Positions 17,130 through 32,147 of a DNA stretch of 64,000 bases are shown here, piece after piece. The notes below the pieces were generated by a model, which was not told the DNA's origin, searched no databases, and saw only the letters and a list, made by a program, of their open reading frames with translations. A program made the position numbers and the translations under genes. Every line of letters starts with the position of its first letter. Position 1 is the first letter of the stretch. Origin of the DNA: Dictyostelium discoideum (Eukaryota). Location: positions 4,672,001-4,736,000 of the forward strand of contig CM000152.2 in assembly GCA_000004695.1 (NCBI GenBank), read 5' to 3'.

Positions 17130-18767
17130 ATGATATCCACAAGACAAATTTTATCAAAATCTAAAAGATTATCAAATGTTTTACAAAAACAACAAGTAGT
17201 TAGAGGTATTTCAACAAGTTGTATTTTTTCAAACAACAGCAACAATAGCAATAGCAATAGCAACATCAACAGTAATAATAAATCAATTACAAGATTAAGT
17301 AATTCAATTAATATTAAAAGTAATTTTGAAAAGGTTATTTTTAGAAATTATTCAAGTGCAATTAAATTTAATTTAGCAGATGTTGGTGAAGGTATTGCTG
17401 AATGTGAAGTTTTAGTATGGTATGTTAAAGAAGGTGATCAAATTAAAGAATTTGATAAATTATGTGAAGTTCAAAGTGATAAAGCTACCGTTGAAATCAC
17501 TTCAAGATACGATGGTATCGTTACAAAAATCTGTCATAAAATTGGTGATATGGCAAAAGTTGGTGAACCATTAGTTGAAATCACACCAGAAAGCTCAATT
17601 GCCGAAATAAAATTAAATGCTGGTCCAGCTTCTCAAGTTACTGTTACACCACCATCAGTATCAGTATCATCATCATCATCAGTATCATCATCAGTATCAT
17701 CATCAGTAGCATCATCATTAGATCACGAATATGATATTACAAAGAAAAATGGTCAAAAATATAAAGTGATGGCAACACCAGCAGTACGTAACTTGGGAAA
17801 ATTGAAATCAGTGGATTTGAAGCAAATTCAAGGTACAGGTAAAGATGGCCGTATTTTAAAGGAAGATATTTTAAATAGTTTAAACGCAGAAGCAAAATCA
17901 AAAACTCAATCGATTCCAATCGCTAAAGAAGTTATCACAACTACAACCACAACCACTACCACAACCACTTCAGCAGCTGCCAAAGAAACTAGAGTACCAA
18001 TCACAGGTATTAGAAAGATTATGGTCAGATCAATGAATGCCGCATGTTCAGTACCACACTTTGGATTCACTGAAGAATATATAATGGATTCACTTTCCGA
18101 TTTAAGAAATAAAGTGAAACCACTCGCTGCAGAAAAAGGTATCAAATTATCTTATTTGCCATTCATAATTAAAGCAGCTTCATTATCATTATTAAGATAT
18201 CCAGTTTTAAATTCAAGTATTTCTCAAGACCAAACTGAAATTATTTATAAGGTAAGTGTGTTTTATTTATCTATGTATGTATGTATATTAGATTTGTATA
18301 TATACTAATTTATTTTATTTATTTTTTATATTTAGAATTATCATAATATTGGTATTGCAATGGATTCACCACAAGGTTTATTAGTACCAAATATTAAAAA
18401 TGTTGAAAGTAAATCAATTTTTGAGATTGCAAAAGAATTGAATAGACTTCAAGAATTGAGTGGTAAAGGTCTTTTAACACCAAATGATATGAGTGGTGGT
18501 ACATTCACATTATCAAATATAGGTACTATTGGTGGTTTACATAGTTCACCAGTTTTATTATTACCAGAGGTTTGTATTGGTGCCATTGGTAAAATTCAAT
18601 CATTACCAAGATTTAATAAACATCATGCTGTCATAACACAAAGTATTATGAACATTAGTTGGTCTGGTGATCATCGTGTTATTGATGGTGCTACTATGGC
18701 AAGATTTTCAAATGCATTAAAGGATTATCTCGAAAATCCTTCAACTATGATCATGGATACTCGTTAA
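17130..18767 (+). CDS. bkdC: Lipoamide acyltransferase (E2) of the branched-chain alpha-keto acid dehydrogenase complex (DBT homolog). Two exons: 17130..18251 and 18336..18767.
   Basis: The track ORF starts at TTG; the real ATG is 17130 ([18 protein letters not shown], a mitochondrial presequence). It has a lipoyl domain ([26 protein letters not shown]...[18 protein letters not shown], close to human DBT), an E3-binding domain ([34 protein letters not shown]) and a catalytic domain ending ...[13 protein letters not shown]. The intron runs AAG|GTAAGT...TTTAG in phase 0, and the junction IIYK|[10 protein letters not shown] matches human EIIYK|[10 protein letters not shown]. Confidence 0.85.
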
Positions 18768-19286
18768 ATTATTATTAGTTAATTATTTAATTATTTAATT
18801 AACTTTTTTTTTATTATTTTTTTTTTTTTATTTTTTATTTATTTTTTTATTTTTTTTAATATCTTAAAAAAAAAAAAAAAAAAAAAAAGATAAAAATAGA
18901 TTTATATAAATAAATAAATAAATAAATAAAAAAATTAATTGAAAAAAAAAAAAAAAGTTAAAATTAAATAATTTTTTTTTTATTTTTTTTTTTTTATAAT
19001 ATATTTTATATAGAGTTAATATATATATATTTTAATTTTTTAAAGGCCAATTTCTTTTTTTTTTTTGGAAATTTTAATTTACTATTATTCCCAACTAACT
19101 ATTTTTTTTGTTTTTTAAATACATTGGCGAGTATATAATAAAATAAACAAGTCCAAACTAACAATGAATAAAAACTATTTTTTTTTTTTTTTTACTTTAA
19201 AAAACTCTTTGATTTAAAGAGATAAATATCAACTTTTTTTTACTGGATATGTTTAAATTATTATAAAAAAAAAAGAGAAAATAAAA

Positions 19287-19332
<46 letters not shown>

Positions 19333-19863
19333 AAAATAAAAAAAAAAAAAAAAAAAAAAAAAAGAATTTCAATGGTGGTTTTAATTCTTTATATCCATTA
19401 AAAGAAAAATAAAAGGTTCCACCCAAACCTTAAAGAACGTTTTAAAAAAAAAAAAAAAAAAAAAATTAAGATATTTAATTTTTTATTTTTAATTTTTTTT
19501 CTTTTTTTTTTTTTTTTTTCTATAAATTTAATTTCTAGATTTTTATTTTAATCAATTTAAAAAAAAAAAAAAAATAAAAATAAAAATAAAATAAAATAAA
19601 ATAAAGAAATTTTATATTAAATATCAAATTCAAATAATCTCAAAATTAAAAAAAAAATTAAAAAATAAAAAATAAAATAAAATAATAAAAAGAAAATAAT
19701 AATAATATTTTTAAATTATTTTTTAATAAAAAGAATCTATCCTCAATTTTAAATAACTTTATGTTTTAATTCAATTAAAAACAAATAAAAAAAATAAATA
19801 AATTTTAAATAAATAAATTAATTTAAAAAAAAAACAAACAAACAAACAATTAATTTTGTAAAT

Positions 19864-19903
<40 letters not shown>

Positions 19904-21111
19904 GCAAATATAAATTGATACCAATAAATACTATGTAAGTCTTATTATTAATTAATCTTTTTTTTGTAAATTTTTATCAAATTGTGTAATGTGACATAAT
20001 TTTTTTATTTTTAATTTTTATTTTACCACCACATACATTCTTCTTTAATAATAAAAATAAATAATAATAATAATAAAAATAAATAATAATAATGATTATA
20101 ATAATACATGTAATTAAAACATCTTTATTATATGTAAATTTAAATTCTCTTTTTTTTATTTTTATTTTTATTATTATTTTTATTATTATTTTTATTTTTG
20201 TTTTATTTTTATTTTATTTTTAAATACACAAAGTGTTCATAATTTTATATATTTTTAGAATCAAATGTATTATCTACACAAACTTTTACACTTTTAGGTT
20301 GTGTGAATCACCAAATTTCCAACACCAATTGGAAATTTCAATATATTTTTTTTTGCTCTCACAATTGTTGTGTGAGATTTCTTTCATTCCAACCCCCAAT
20401 TTTTATTTTTTTTTAATTTTTATTTTTTTTTTTTTTAATTATTATTTTTTTATTTTTTCCCAATTTGAATTAGTATACAAAAATATAATTAAATTTTTTT
20501 TTTTTTTTTTTTGATTTTTTTTTTTTATATTGGTTAATAGTACATATAAAAAATTCCTTTTATTTTTTTTATTTTTTATTATTTGCTGTGTTATACAAAA
20601 AAATAAATATAAAGTTAGTATACATTCAAAAAATAAATATTTTACTCCCTATTTTCTTTTTTTTTTATTTTTAAAAAATAAAAAATAAAAAAAAAAAAAA
20701 ATAAAAAACAAATATAAAAGTAAAGAAAAAATTAAAAACAAATAAAAAAAATAATAAAAAGATAAATATAAATATATTTAGATGACATATAACAAATCAA
20801 ATGCTGTATAATATTAAATAATAATAATAAAATAGATCTTTCCATATTTAAAAAGAAATTTTTTTTTACAAATTATTTTTTTAAAATTATTTACATTTAT
20901 TTTTTTTTTTTTCTTTTTACTATTTTTTTTTTTCTTATCTCATTATTATAATATTGTTTAAATTTTTAAAAAAAAAAAAATCATTATTTCATTTTCAAAA
21001 ATACTAACTTAATTTTCAAATATTATAAATATAATTATAATAATAATAATAATAAAATAATTTTATAATAATAGTTTTTTTAAATTAAAAAAATATATAG
21101 TCAATTAAAAA

Positions 21112-21231
21112 ATGTTGAACATCCAACCAACTCAAAGCATTGTAAATAATCAACCAAAGTCTGATCAAAAAAAGCAAAAACCAGCTGACTTACTCAAAGA
21201 ATTTTATGATAAGACTGGAAATAGAAATTAA
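21112..21231 (+). CDS. Putative 39-aa small ORF (MLNIQPTQSIVNNQPKSDQKKQKPADLLKEFYDKTGNRN). Below the ORF-track size cutoff.
   Basis: A 120-nt ORF with clearly lower AT content (about 67%) than the surrounding ~90% AT intergenic DNA. It has an ATG in an A-rich context and a TAA stop. No homology assigned. Confidence 0.25.
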   Translation: MLNIQPTQSIVNNQPKSDQKKQKPADLLKEFYDKTGNRN

Positions 21232-21675
21232 TAAATAAAGAAAAAAAAAAAAAAAAAAAATATACATATCTCTCCCTCATATCAATTAATACATATCTCT
21301 ATCCGCAAAATTAATTTATTGTTGACAAGAACTTTACTTTTTTTTTCTTTCTTTTTTTTAAAACACAATAAAATTTTATATTACAATGCATACTATTATT
21401 TTAAAGTCAACAACAACAACAACATAACAACAAAACAACAAACAACAATTAAAATAGTAACAATTTACCAATTTTAAAACAAACAAATAAATAAATAAAA
21501 AAGTTTAATCTTTTTTTTTAAAAAATAAATTATTTAATTCTTTTTTTTTTTTTTTTATCAACAAATAAAAAAGTTTAACCTTGTTTTTATATAAAAAAAA
21601 AAAAATTTAATTCTTTTTTATTTTTATTCAATGAGATAATCGTTTTTTTAAATATTTAAATATATTTTTTTTTTA

Positions 21676-24009
<2,334 letters not shown>

Positions 24010-24807
24010 ATTTATTATTTATTATTATTAAACTTTTATAAATATTATTAAAATAAAAGATACAATTTTAAAACACTAAAATTTAAATTTAATAAAAAAA
24101 AAAAAAATAAACACACAATTTAAAAAATGTTGGTGATATTTTTTTAAAAAAAAAAAAAATATATGTATATGTATTTTATAACGAATAAAAGATAGCAATA
24201 CAAAGAAAAAAAAAATTAAAATAAAAAAATAAAAAAATAAAATCCAACAAAAAATAAAATAAAATAAAAATATTATAAATAACAAAATAAAAAAATATAT
24301 TCAAAAACTGAAAACAGTAATTTTCTTTTTTAAAATTTAAAATTAAAAAATATCACAAAAAAAACGAAAAGTATTTTTTTTTATTTTTTTTTATTTTTTT
24401 TATTTTATTTTTTTTTTAATTTTATTAGTGTTCAAATTTATTATTAACGAATAAAAAGTTCATAGTGTTCCAAAAAAAAAAAAAATATAAAAATAAATAA
24501 AATAAAATAAAAATAAACCCTTTAATTATCTTCCTCAAATCTTTTCTTTTTATTTTAAAATAGATATTAAATTAATTAAATATCTATTTCAAAATCATTC
24601 AAATCGAAATTTCCTCAGTTCATAAAAAAAAAAAAAAAAATAAAAAAAAAATAAATATTTATTTTTTTTTTTTTAATTAAAAAATTTTATTTATTATTTT
24701 TTTTTTTTTTTTTTTTTGGTATTGTGTGTAAAATATTTTATATATATTTTTTATTTTTTTATTTTTTTATTTTTTTATTTTAAATAAAAAGTAAATAAAA
24801 AAAAAAA

Positions 24808-25219
24808 ATGGCAGAAAGAAAAGCAACAAATAAATATTATCCACCAGATTGGGATCCAAGTAAAGGATCAATAAATCAATATAGAGGTCAACATCATCTT
24901 AGAGATAGAGCAAGGAAAATAGATCAAGGTATATTAATTATTAGATTTGAAATGCCATTTAGTGTATGGTGTTTAGGATGTGAGTGTCATATTGGTATGG
25001 GTGTTAGATTCAATGCTGAAAAGAAAACTGTTGATAAATATTTCACAAGTAATATATACTCTTTTAAAATGAAATGTCATCAATGTTCAAATCAATTTGA
25101 AATTCAAAATGATCCGAAAAATACTGATTATAAACTTATAAGTGGCTTAAAAAAAAGAATTGAACAATTTAATCCTGAAGATTCAGAATTACCATCATCA
25201 TTTATAATTAAATATGATG

Positions 25220-25256
<37 letters not shown>

Positions 25257-25638
25257 TAATAATGATACACTATTAAAATTAGAGAATAAAAAATTAGATA
25301 TTGAAAAAGGTAAAAAAGAATCAACACAATTAGAAAAGTTACAAGAAATTATGACAAATAGAACTATCAATGATTACCAATTATCTTCAATAATGAGAAA
25401 ATCATTTAGAGAGAAAAAAAAAGAAGATCAAATTGAATTAGAAAGACAAAAATCAAAAGGTATAATGATACCACTCTTAAAAGAAAATCAAGATGATATC
25501 GATACTGCAAAAGATATAGATTTCAATTCAAATTCTTTAAAAAGGAAATTAGATGAATCAAACAAATTAAAAAGAGAATTAATTAAAAATGAATCAATTT
25601 TAAAATCAACTAACAATGTAAATAATAATAATAATGTA

Positions 25639-25672
<34 letters not shown>

Positions 25673-25785
25673 TAGAAGCTATAATAAGGAAGAAATCCAA
25701 AATTGATCCATCACTATTTAATAATAATGTTAATAAAAATAAATCAAAAGTAAATGAAACTTTTACTTCAAATCTATTTAAATAA
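24808..25785 (+). CDS. CWC16/YJU2-family splicing factor (YJU2B/CCDC130-like).
   Basis: MAERKATNKYYPPDWDPSKGSINQYRGQHHLRDRARKIDQGILIIRFEMPFSVWCLGCECHIGMGVRFNAEKK...FKMKCHQCSNQFEIQNDPKNTDY is near-identical in pattern to human CCDC130 (MGERKGVNKYYPPDY...ILIIRFEMPYNIWCDGC). It has an Asn-rich, charged C-terminal tail. Single exon. Confidence 0.85.
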
Positions 25786-25869
25786 CAAAAAAAAAAAAAA
25801 AAAAAAAAAATCATATTTCTTCATTTATTTATTATATCAATATTTTTTTTTTTTTTTTTAAAAATTTTA

Positions 25870-26259
25870 TTAAATTTGTTTGGTTGTTGATTCTAAATCT
25901 GATAATTTTAATTTTAATTCTTCTTCTTGTTTTTCATTTTCTAAAATTAATAATGCTTTCTTTTGTAATTCATGTTTCATTGCAACTTTTAAATCTGAAC
26001 CTAATTCAGATGCTAAATCTTTATCTTTTGTATGAATGATATAATTATCGAATGAACCTGCTTTATCAATACATCTAATTGTGTATGTTGTTAAACTAAC
26101 TCTAATATTTGAATCTAAAACATCACTATGATATGTTTTAGTTTGAACATTTGGTTTCCATGTTCTTCTTGTCCTATAATTTTTTTTTAAAAAAAAAAAA
26201 TTATTTTTATTTTTTATTTTAGTCATTTTATTATTATTAATATAATTATTATAAATAAT

Positions 26260-26298
<39 letters not shown>

Positions 26299-26426
26299 TA
26301 CTTTCTAGTTGAAAAACTGGATTGATCTGAAAAGATAATATCTTTACCACCATATAAACCTCTTTGGGCTCTTTTCATAACAGATCTACAAGCTAACCCA
26401 TTTAATGCATTAAAAAGTGATGACAT
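25870..26426 (-). CDS. Mitochondrial ribosomal protein bL28 (MRPL28-type). Two exons: 26302..26426 and 25870..26173.
   Basis: Exon 1 (MSSLFNALNGLACRSVMKRAQRGLYGGKDIIFSDQSSFSTRK) was missed by the ORF track. A donor AAgtaaat and acceptor ttatag reconstitute AAG, giving ...STRKTRRTWKPNVQTKTYHSDVLDSNIRVSLTTYTIRCIDKAGSFDNYI. This is the bL28 signature (GGK.I.FGN.VSHS.RKT.R.W.PN ... LRV.T..LR.IDK.GG.D.YL). Confidence 0.75.
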
Positions 26427-26472
26427 TTTTCTAAAATGACAATTTTATATAAAAATAATAATAATGTAATAA

Positions 26473-26510
<38 letters not shown>

Positions 26511-26686
26511 ATCAAAATTCGTTTTTTTACAAAAAAAAATAAAATAAAAATAAAAATAAAATGAAAATAAAAAAAAAAAAACCATTGAAAAATAATTTTT
26601 ATTTCCTTTTTTTTTTTTTTTTTTTTTTTGTTTTTTTTATTTTTATTTTAAAAAAATCAATAATTAATTAATTAATAGCAGATAAC

Positions 26687-28710
26687 ATGTTAAGATTATC
26701 ATTTTTAAAAACAATTTCAAATAATTTTTCAAAAAATATATATTACAATAATAATAATAATAATAATTTTAAATTTTTTACAACAACAACAACAACGACA
26801 ACAAACACAAATACAACAACAGAAAATAAAATTAAAAATGAAAATGAAAATGAAATAAATATAAATTCAAATAAAAAATTAAATAGTAAAGAAAGAAATA
26901 TATTATTAGGAAAAGCTTTAAAAATGAAAAAAAAAAATGAAAAAATTGAATCAATAAATGAAAAATTGAAAATTGAATCAGATTTACAAAAAAATGAATT
27001 TGATAAAATCTTAAATTTAGATAAAGTAAAATTACCAAGATGTACAGGATGTGGTAGTACATTACAAACGAAATCACCAAAAGAACCTGGTTATTTACCA
27101 GAATCAATTGCAATTAAACATATTGAACAATTAAATGAAGAGAAAATTGAAAAAATTGAAAACAGTAAACCAATTGAAGAACAAGATAAATCTGGTGAAG
27201 AATATGTAAGTTTTATTATTTATTATTATTATATAATTAAATAATTCATATTTAATTAATATTTAATTAATTTTATAAATTTTTTTTTTTTTATTTTTCA
27301 AAGTTTAATTCATTTTATATAATTAAAAAAAAAAATAATGAAAAGAAAGTTTGTCAAAGATGTCATATTTTAAAAAATTATGGTAGAGTTGCACCAGTGG
27401 CAATACCAATTGAAAAATTTAAAGATAATTTATCACAATTAAAGGATTTAAATTGTTTAGTTGTAAAAGTTGTTGATTTAATGGATTTTAATGGTACATT
27501 TATTGAAGATTTTAGAGAGATTATTGGTAGAAATCCAGTTATAGTTGTTGGAAATAAAATGGATCTTTTACCAGACGATATTCATAAGGATAGAATTGAA
27601 CAATGGATTAGAACTGAAGCAAAGAAACGTGGTTTAAATCATATTTCACATGTAAAGTTAATTAGTAGTGCAAGTGGTGACGGTATGAAACAATTTATCA
27701 TTGAGTTGGAAAAACTTAGAAAGAGTCGTGATGTTTTCATCGTTGGTTGTTCAAATGTTGGTAAGAGTACCTTTGTGAATACCTTAATTAAAGAGTATAA
27801 TAATCGTGTTGAATTTACAACCAATGAGAAATTGGAGTCTAAGAAGCAATCTGAACCATTGACAATTCAAGAACAAAAAGACTTAGATAGAGAAAAACTT
27901 TTAAAATCTTTACAATCTAAAATCACAACTTCCGTATTACCAGGCACAACATTAAATTTACTCTCATTACCACTTTGGGATAATTCAACATTATTCGATA
28001 CACCAGGAATTGATAATCCACGTCAAATGATTAAGAATTTAACAATTGATGAATTAAAACAAGTCATTCCATCAAAACGTATTAAACCTCAATTGGCTCA
28101 TATGATTGAAGGTAAATCACTTTTTATTGGTGGCTTAGTCAGAATTGATTACGATGGTCCATTATCAACATTTATGATTTACACTTCAAATTCAATCCCA
28201 CTTCATATAACTTCAACTCAAAAAGCAAATTTCATCCTCAAAAGACATCAAGGTTCATTTTTAACTCCACCAATTTTAAGTGGTTCTGAATTTAGTTTAG
28301 ATAATAAAACTACTCAAGAAGAACAAAAACAAAAACAAGAAGAAGAAGAAGAAGAAGAAATAGAAGAAGGAGAAGGGGAATTGGGAAATGAAGAAAAACA
28401 AAAATTAATTGAAAAATCTAGACAAGAAATTATTGATCAAAGATATAAAAAATTATCACAATATGATTTGGAAATATTAGATAAATTCAAATTTAGTCAA
28501 ATTAGAACATTTACTATAAAACCTGAAAAAATAGATTTTGACCATACTTATATAGATTTAGTTATTTCTGGTTTAGGTTGGATATCAATCAAATCATTAT
28601 CAAAGAAAATTAAAAGTTCAAAATTAGTCATTCATACTCCAAATAATATTGATATTAGTTTAAGACCTCCTTTAATTCCAAAAACTAAAATATATTCAAG
28701 TATTAAATAA
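26687..28710 (+). CDS. NOA1/YqeH-type circularly permuted GTPase (mitochondrial). Two exons: 26687..27205 and 27304..28710. Acceptor 27346 is an alternative.
   Basis: There is a split zinc finger, CTGCGS...(insert)...VCQRCHILKNY, then VVKVVDLMDFNGTF...PVIVVGNKMDLLP...VFIVGCSNVGKSTFVN, which is collinear with B. subtilis YqeH and human NOA1. The first exon ends at an (AAT)-rich low-complexity region and a GAATATgtaagt donor in phase 0. Confidence 0.75.
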
Positions 28711-28999
28711 AATTTTTATAACAAATATTTTTTTTTTTCATTTTATATTTAAGAAAATAAAATAAAATAAAGTAATAATATAAAAAAAAAAAACCATTAT
28801 ATAATGGTTTTTTTTTTTTTTTTTTATTCCTTCATTTCCATCTTTTTTGAAAAATTATAAAAAATAAAACAAAAAAAACAAAACAAAATTATATTTATTA
28901 AAATCAAAAAAATTAACAATCATATTAAAATAAAATTTAAATTCCACAACCAATCTTATTCATTGTTAACTTTTCCAAATTTGCAATTGTTTATTTTGG

Positions 29000-29034
<35 letters not shown>

Positions 29035-29245
29035 TTAATTGTAAAGTAGAAAAGTTACTACAGTTTAAAATATATATTTATTGGATTTATTGAAGAAATT
29101 TAATTCTTTGTTGGAATTGGATAGGTGGCTTGACTTGAAACACCACTGTTTTTTTTAAAAAAAAAAAAAAAATTTTAAAAAATTAGTATATGTATATATT
29201 TTAAAATAAAATAATAATAAAAAAAAATTTTAAAATTAAATATAT

Positions 29246-30733
29246 TTACCATAAATTGTTATCATTTCTAGCCATGTAAACATAACCATCCATACCCCAG
29301 TTAGTTGACCAAGAGTTTTTAACTAAGAAATAATCTTGACCTTGATAAGTACCATAACCAATAGCTAAAACTTCGTGATCCAAATCATCTAAACCATTTT
29401 TACAGGCTGGATTATTGTAAACACCAGACATGTAGTAACGGAAATCATCAACAGAGGCATCGATGGCGATGGCGACTGGACCAGTGGTGGCGATAGCGTT
29501 TTGAAGGGCAGATTCACTACCAGAGGTAACATTGACGTAACCAGTGATTGAAACACCTGATGGAGTGACAGTTCTATCTCTGCAGAGACCATTTTGCATT
29601 AAGTATGGATAGTTGGACTCGGTGGCGAGACTACCAATTTCCATGACGTATTGGAATGCAGATGATGCAAAACCACCACCACAACCTTGACTACCGGTAA
29701 GGATAGCACAATCAACTAATTGTTGTTCAGAGAGGGAGACTAATTCACCGTTGGTGACACAGTTGGTACCTTCTAATGAACCAGTTGAACCAAAAGTCCA
29801 ACATGAACCGCAAATACCTTGATCTTTGACTGGGGTAACACAGTTTTGATTTCTCCAATCGACAGTTGATGGAATTGATCTGAGTGATTCGTCGTCGTGG
29901 ACAGAGTCAGCACCAGTGACGGATGGACGGGCAACCTTTGGTTTAACTAAGGTGTTGAATTCTTTGTTGCTTAAATCGGCATAGTGATTCATACCTAATT
30001 TGTATGAGGATTCTTTGGCATTGTGGGTGGCAATGATTTTACGGGCAGCTTTAAAGTTAATGAAACGTTCATCATGTTCGTCTTGGCTTGAGTATTCCTT
30101 GTTGTATTGAGCTTTGTATTCTTTGAATAAGTTTGAGGCTTGTTCTTCTTTGGCTAATAAGTTATCACCGATTGATGAGAAAAGACCATCGAATTGGTTT
30201 TCTTTAGCTGGGGCTTCCTTTGCGTTATTACAGAGAACTGGAATATCAAAGTATGATTCGTATGAGCTGATATCGGTGGTGTAGATATCAAAGTTTAATA
30301 CGTAAACATCTGGGTGACTACCAAATACATAATCGACACCATCCATATAGAATTGAACTGGAACACCGTTGGCATCAACGTAAAAGTTGTAGAAACCAGT
30401 ACGACCATATTGAGTGATCTTTTGACTGTAACCAAAGACTTGGACACCGTTAACAGTTGATGTACCATTGTAAACCCATGATGAAGGTTCAGTTGGTAAA
30501 ACATTAACTAATGAACCATTACCTGGGGTAGTGGTACAAACCATATCATATTTAACTGGACCTACATTGTATGTATTATCTTGATTGTAAAAGTTGATGG
30601 TAATATCCATACCATTGTAAACACTAATATATTGACGATTATTAACTGAATCATAAATTAATTCAATTGGTTCAACAATATTGAAATATGGAATATTGAA
30701 TGAACCTTTCATATAATACTTTTAATAATAATA

Positions 30734-30766
<33 letters not shown>

Positions 30767-30904
30767 AGATATTTAATCTATGAATAAAAATTTAAAATTT
30801 ATTAATCTTTTTTATATACATACTTGTTGAGCAGCTGGGAGTTGTGGAACTGCAAGTACACATGATAATGTGACTAATGATAATAATAAAATGAATTTAT
30901 TCAT
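29246..30904 (-). CDS. Papain-family (C1A, cathepsin L-like) cysteine protease with a ~190-aa N-terminal extension. Two exons: 30824..30904 and 29246..30718.
   Basis: Exon 1 is a signal peptide ([27 protein letters not shown]) followed by a GTATGT donor. Exon 2 has an unknown N-terminal domain, then an I29 propeptide ([11 protein letters not shown]), then the mature peptidase ([40 protein letters not shown]) with catalytic Cys, His and Asn intact. Confidence 0.8.
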
Positions 30905-31615
30905 TTTTATTTTTCTATATAATTATTTTTTTTTTTTTTATTATATTTTTCGATTAATATTTACAGATAATTAAAAAAAAAAAAAAAAAGATATTAATAA
31001 TTAGAAATGATGAAAAAAAAAAAAAAAAAATTTTATTTATTTATACCTTTTGTTAGATTTGAAAAAAGTGAAAAAAGAACGAAAAAAAAGTTAAAAAGAA
31101 CAAAAGCTGTTTTGAATTTTCCCTTTTTTTTTTTTTTTTTCTTTTTTTAATTTTTTTAAAGACTTTGTGAAAATTCCTTCAACTTTTTATTTTTTTATTT
31201 TTTTTTTTATTTTTATTTTTTGCTGGTTGTGAAATTTTTATTTTTTTTTTATTTTTTTTATTTTTATTTTTTTTTATTTATTTTTTTTTTTATTTATTTA
31301 TTTTTTTGCAAAATATGAATAATAAAAAACAGTGTGGTGAATTGTTTTTTTCAAAAATAAAATAAATCACAAGCAAAAATGAGATTTATTTTTATTATTT
31401 AACTTTTTTTTTTATCACTTAAAAACACACAAAAAAAAAAATGGAATCCATTTTTTTTTTTATTTTTATTTTTTTTTTTTTTTTTAAATATTTACACAGA
31501 TAAAGTAAAAATATTTTACATTATCTTGTTTTTTTTTTTATTAATTATTATTAATATTTTCATATATGCAAATTAATTTTTTTTCTATTTTTTTTTTTTT
31601 TTTCTTTTTTTTTTT

Positions 31616-32115
31616 TTAAACAACTTCACGAGATTTTTGAGGGTGAGCTTGGCCTAATACAGAATGAGTTCCTTTTGATTCTTTTGATACACTTGAAGGG
31701 GTAGAAACCAAACGATATTCAGTTGTATCATCTTCATCATTGTTATATTCTTTTTCATTTTCAGATTCATCACTTGATTCAATAGTTGGTTGAGTTGTTG
31801 TACTATAAATACTTTCTTTTCCAGCTCTGGTACTTTGTACTATTGGACTAACATTTTCCATTGAACGTGATTCAATAATTGTTGAAGTTCTTGTCCTTGG
31901 AATTTCCAAATCTTCGTTATTCTTATAGGTATCAATTGATGACATTGATTCTGATTGCATTAATGGTTTCTTTTTACTTGGAATTGGATTTAAATTCTCT
32001 GGATGTGAATAATCACTTTTAACACCAGTTGGTGGTATTAAATAATCTTCTAATGGTACAAATTCTCTAACAATCATTAAATTGCACGATATATTGTCTG
32101 AGCAATAATTACATA

Positions 32116-32147
<32 letters not shown>

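Noticed and set aside
18770-21100. Searching the long AT-rich spacers (15180-17078, 18770-21100, 32610-34230) for hidden genes, tRNAs or snRNAs
   Set aside because: Apart from the short palindromes and the 39-codon ORF noted above, these spacers are about 90% A/T homopolymer-rich sequence. They have no composition islands, no box A/box B and no conserved snRNA motifs.
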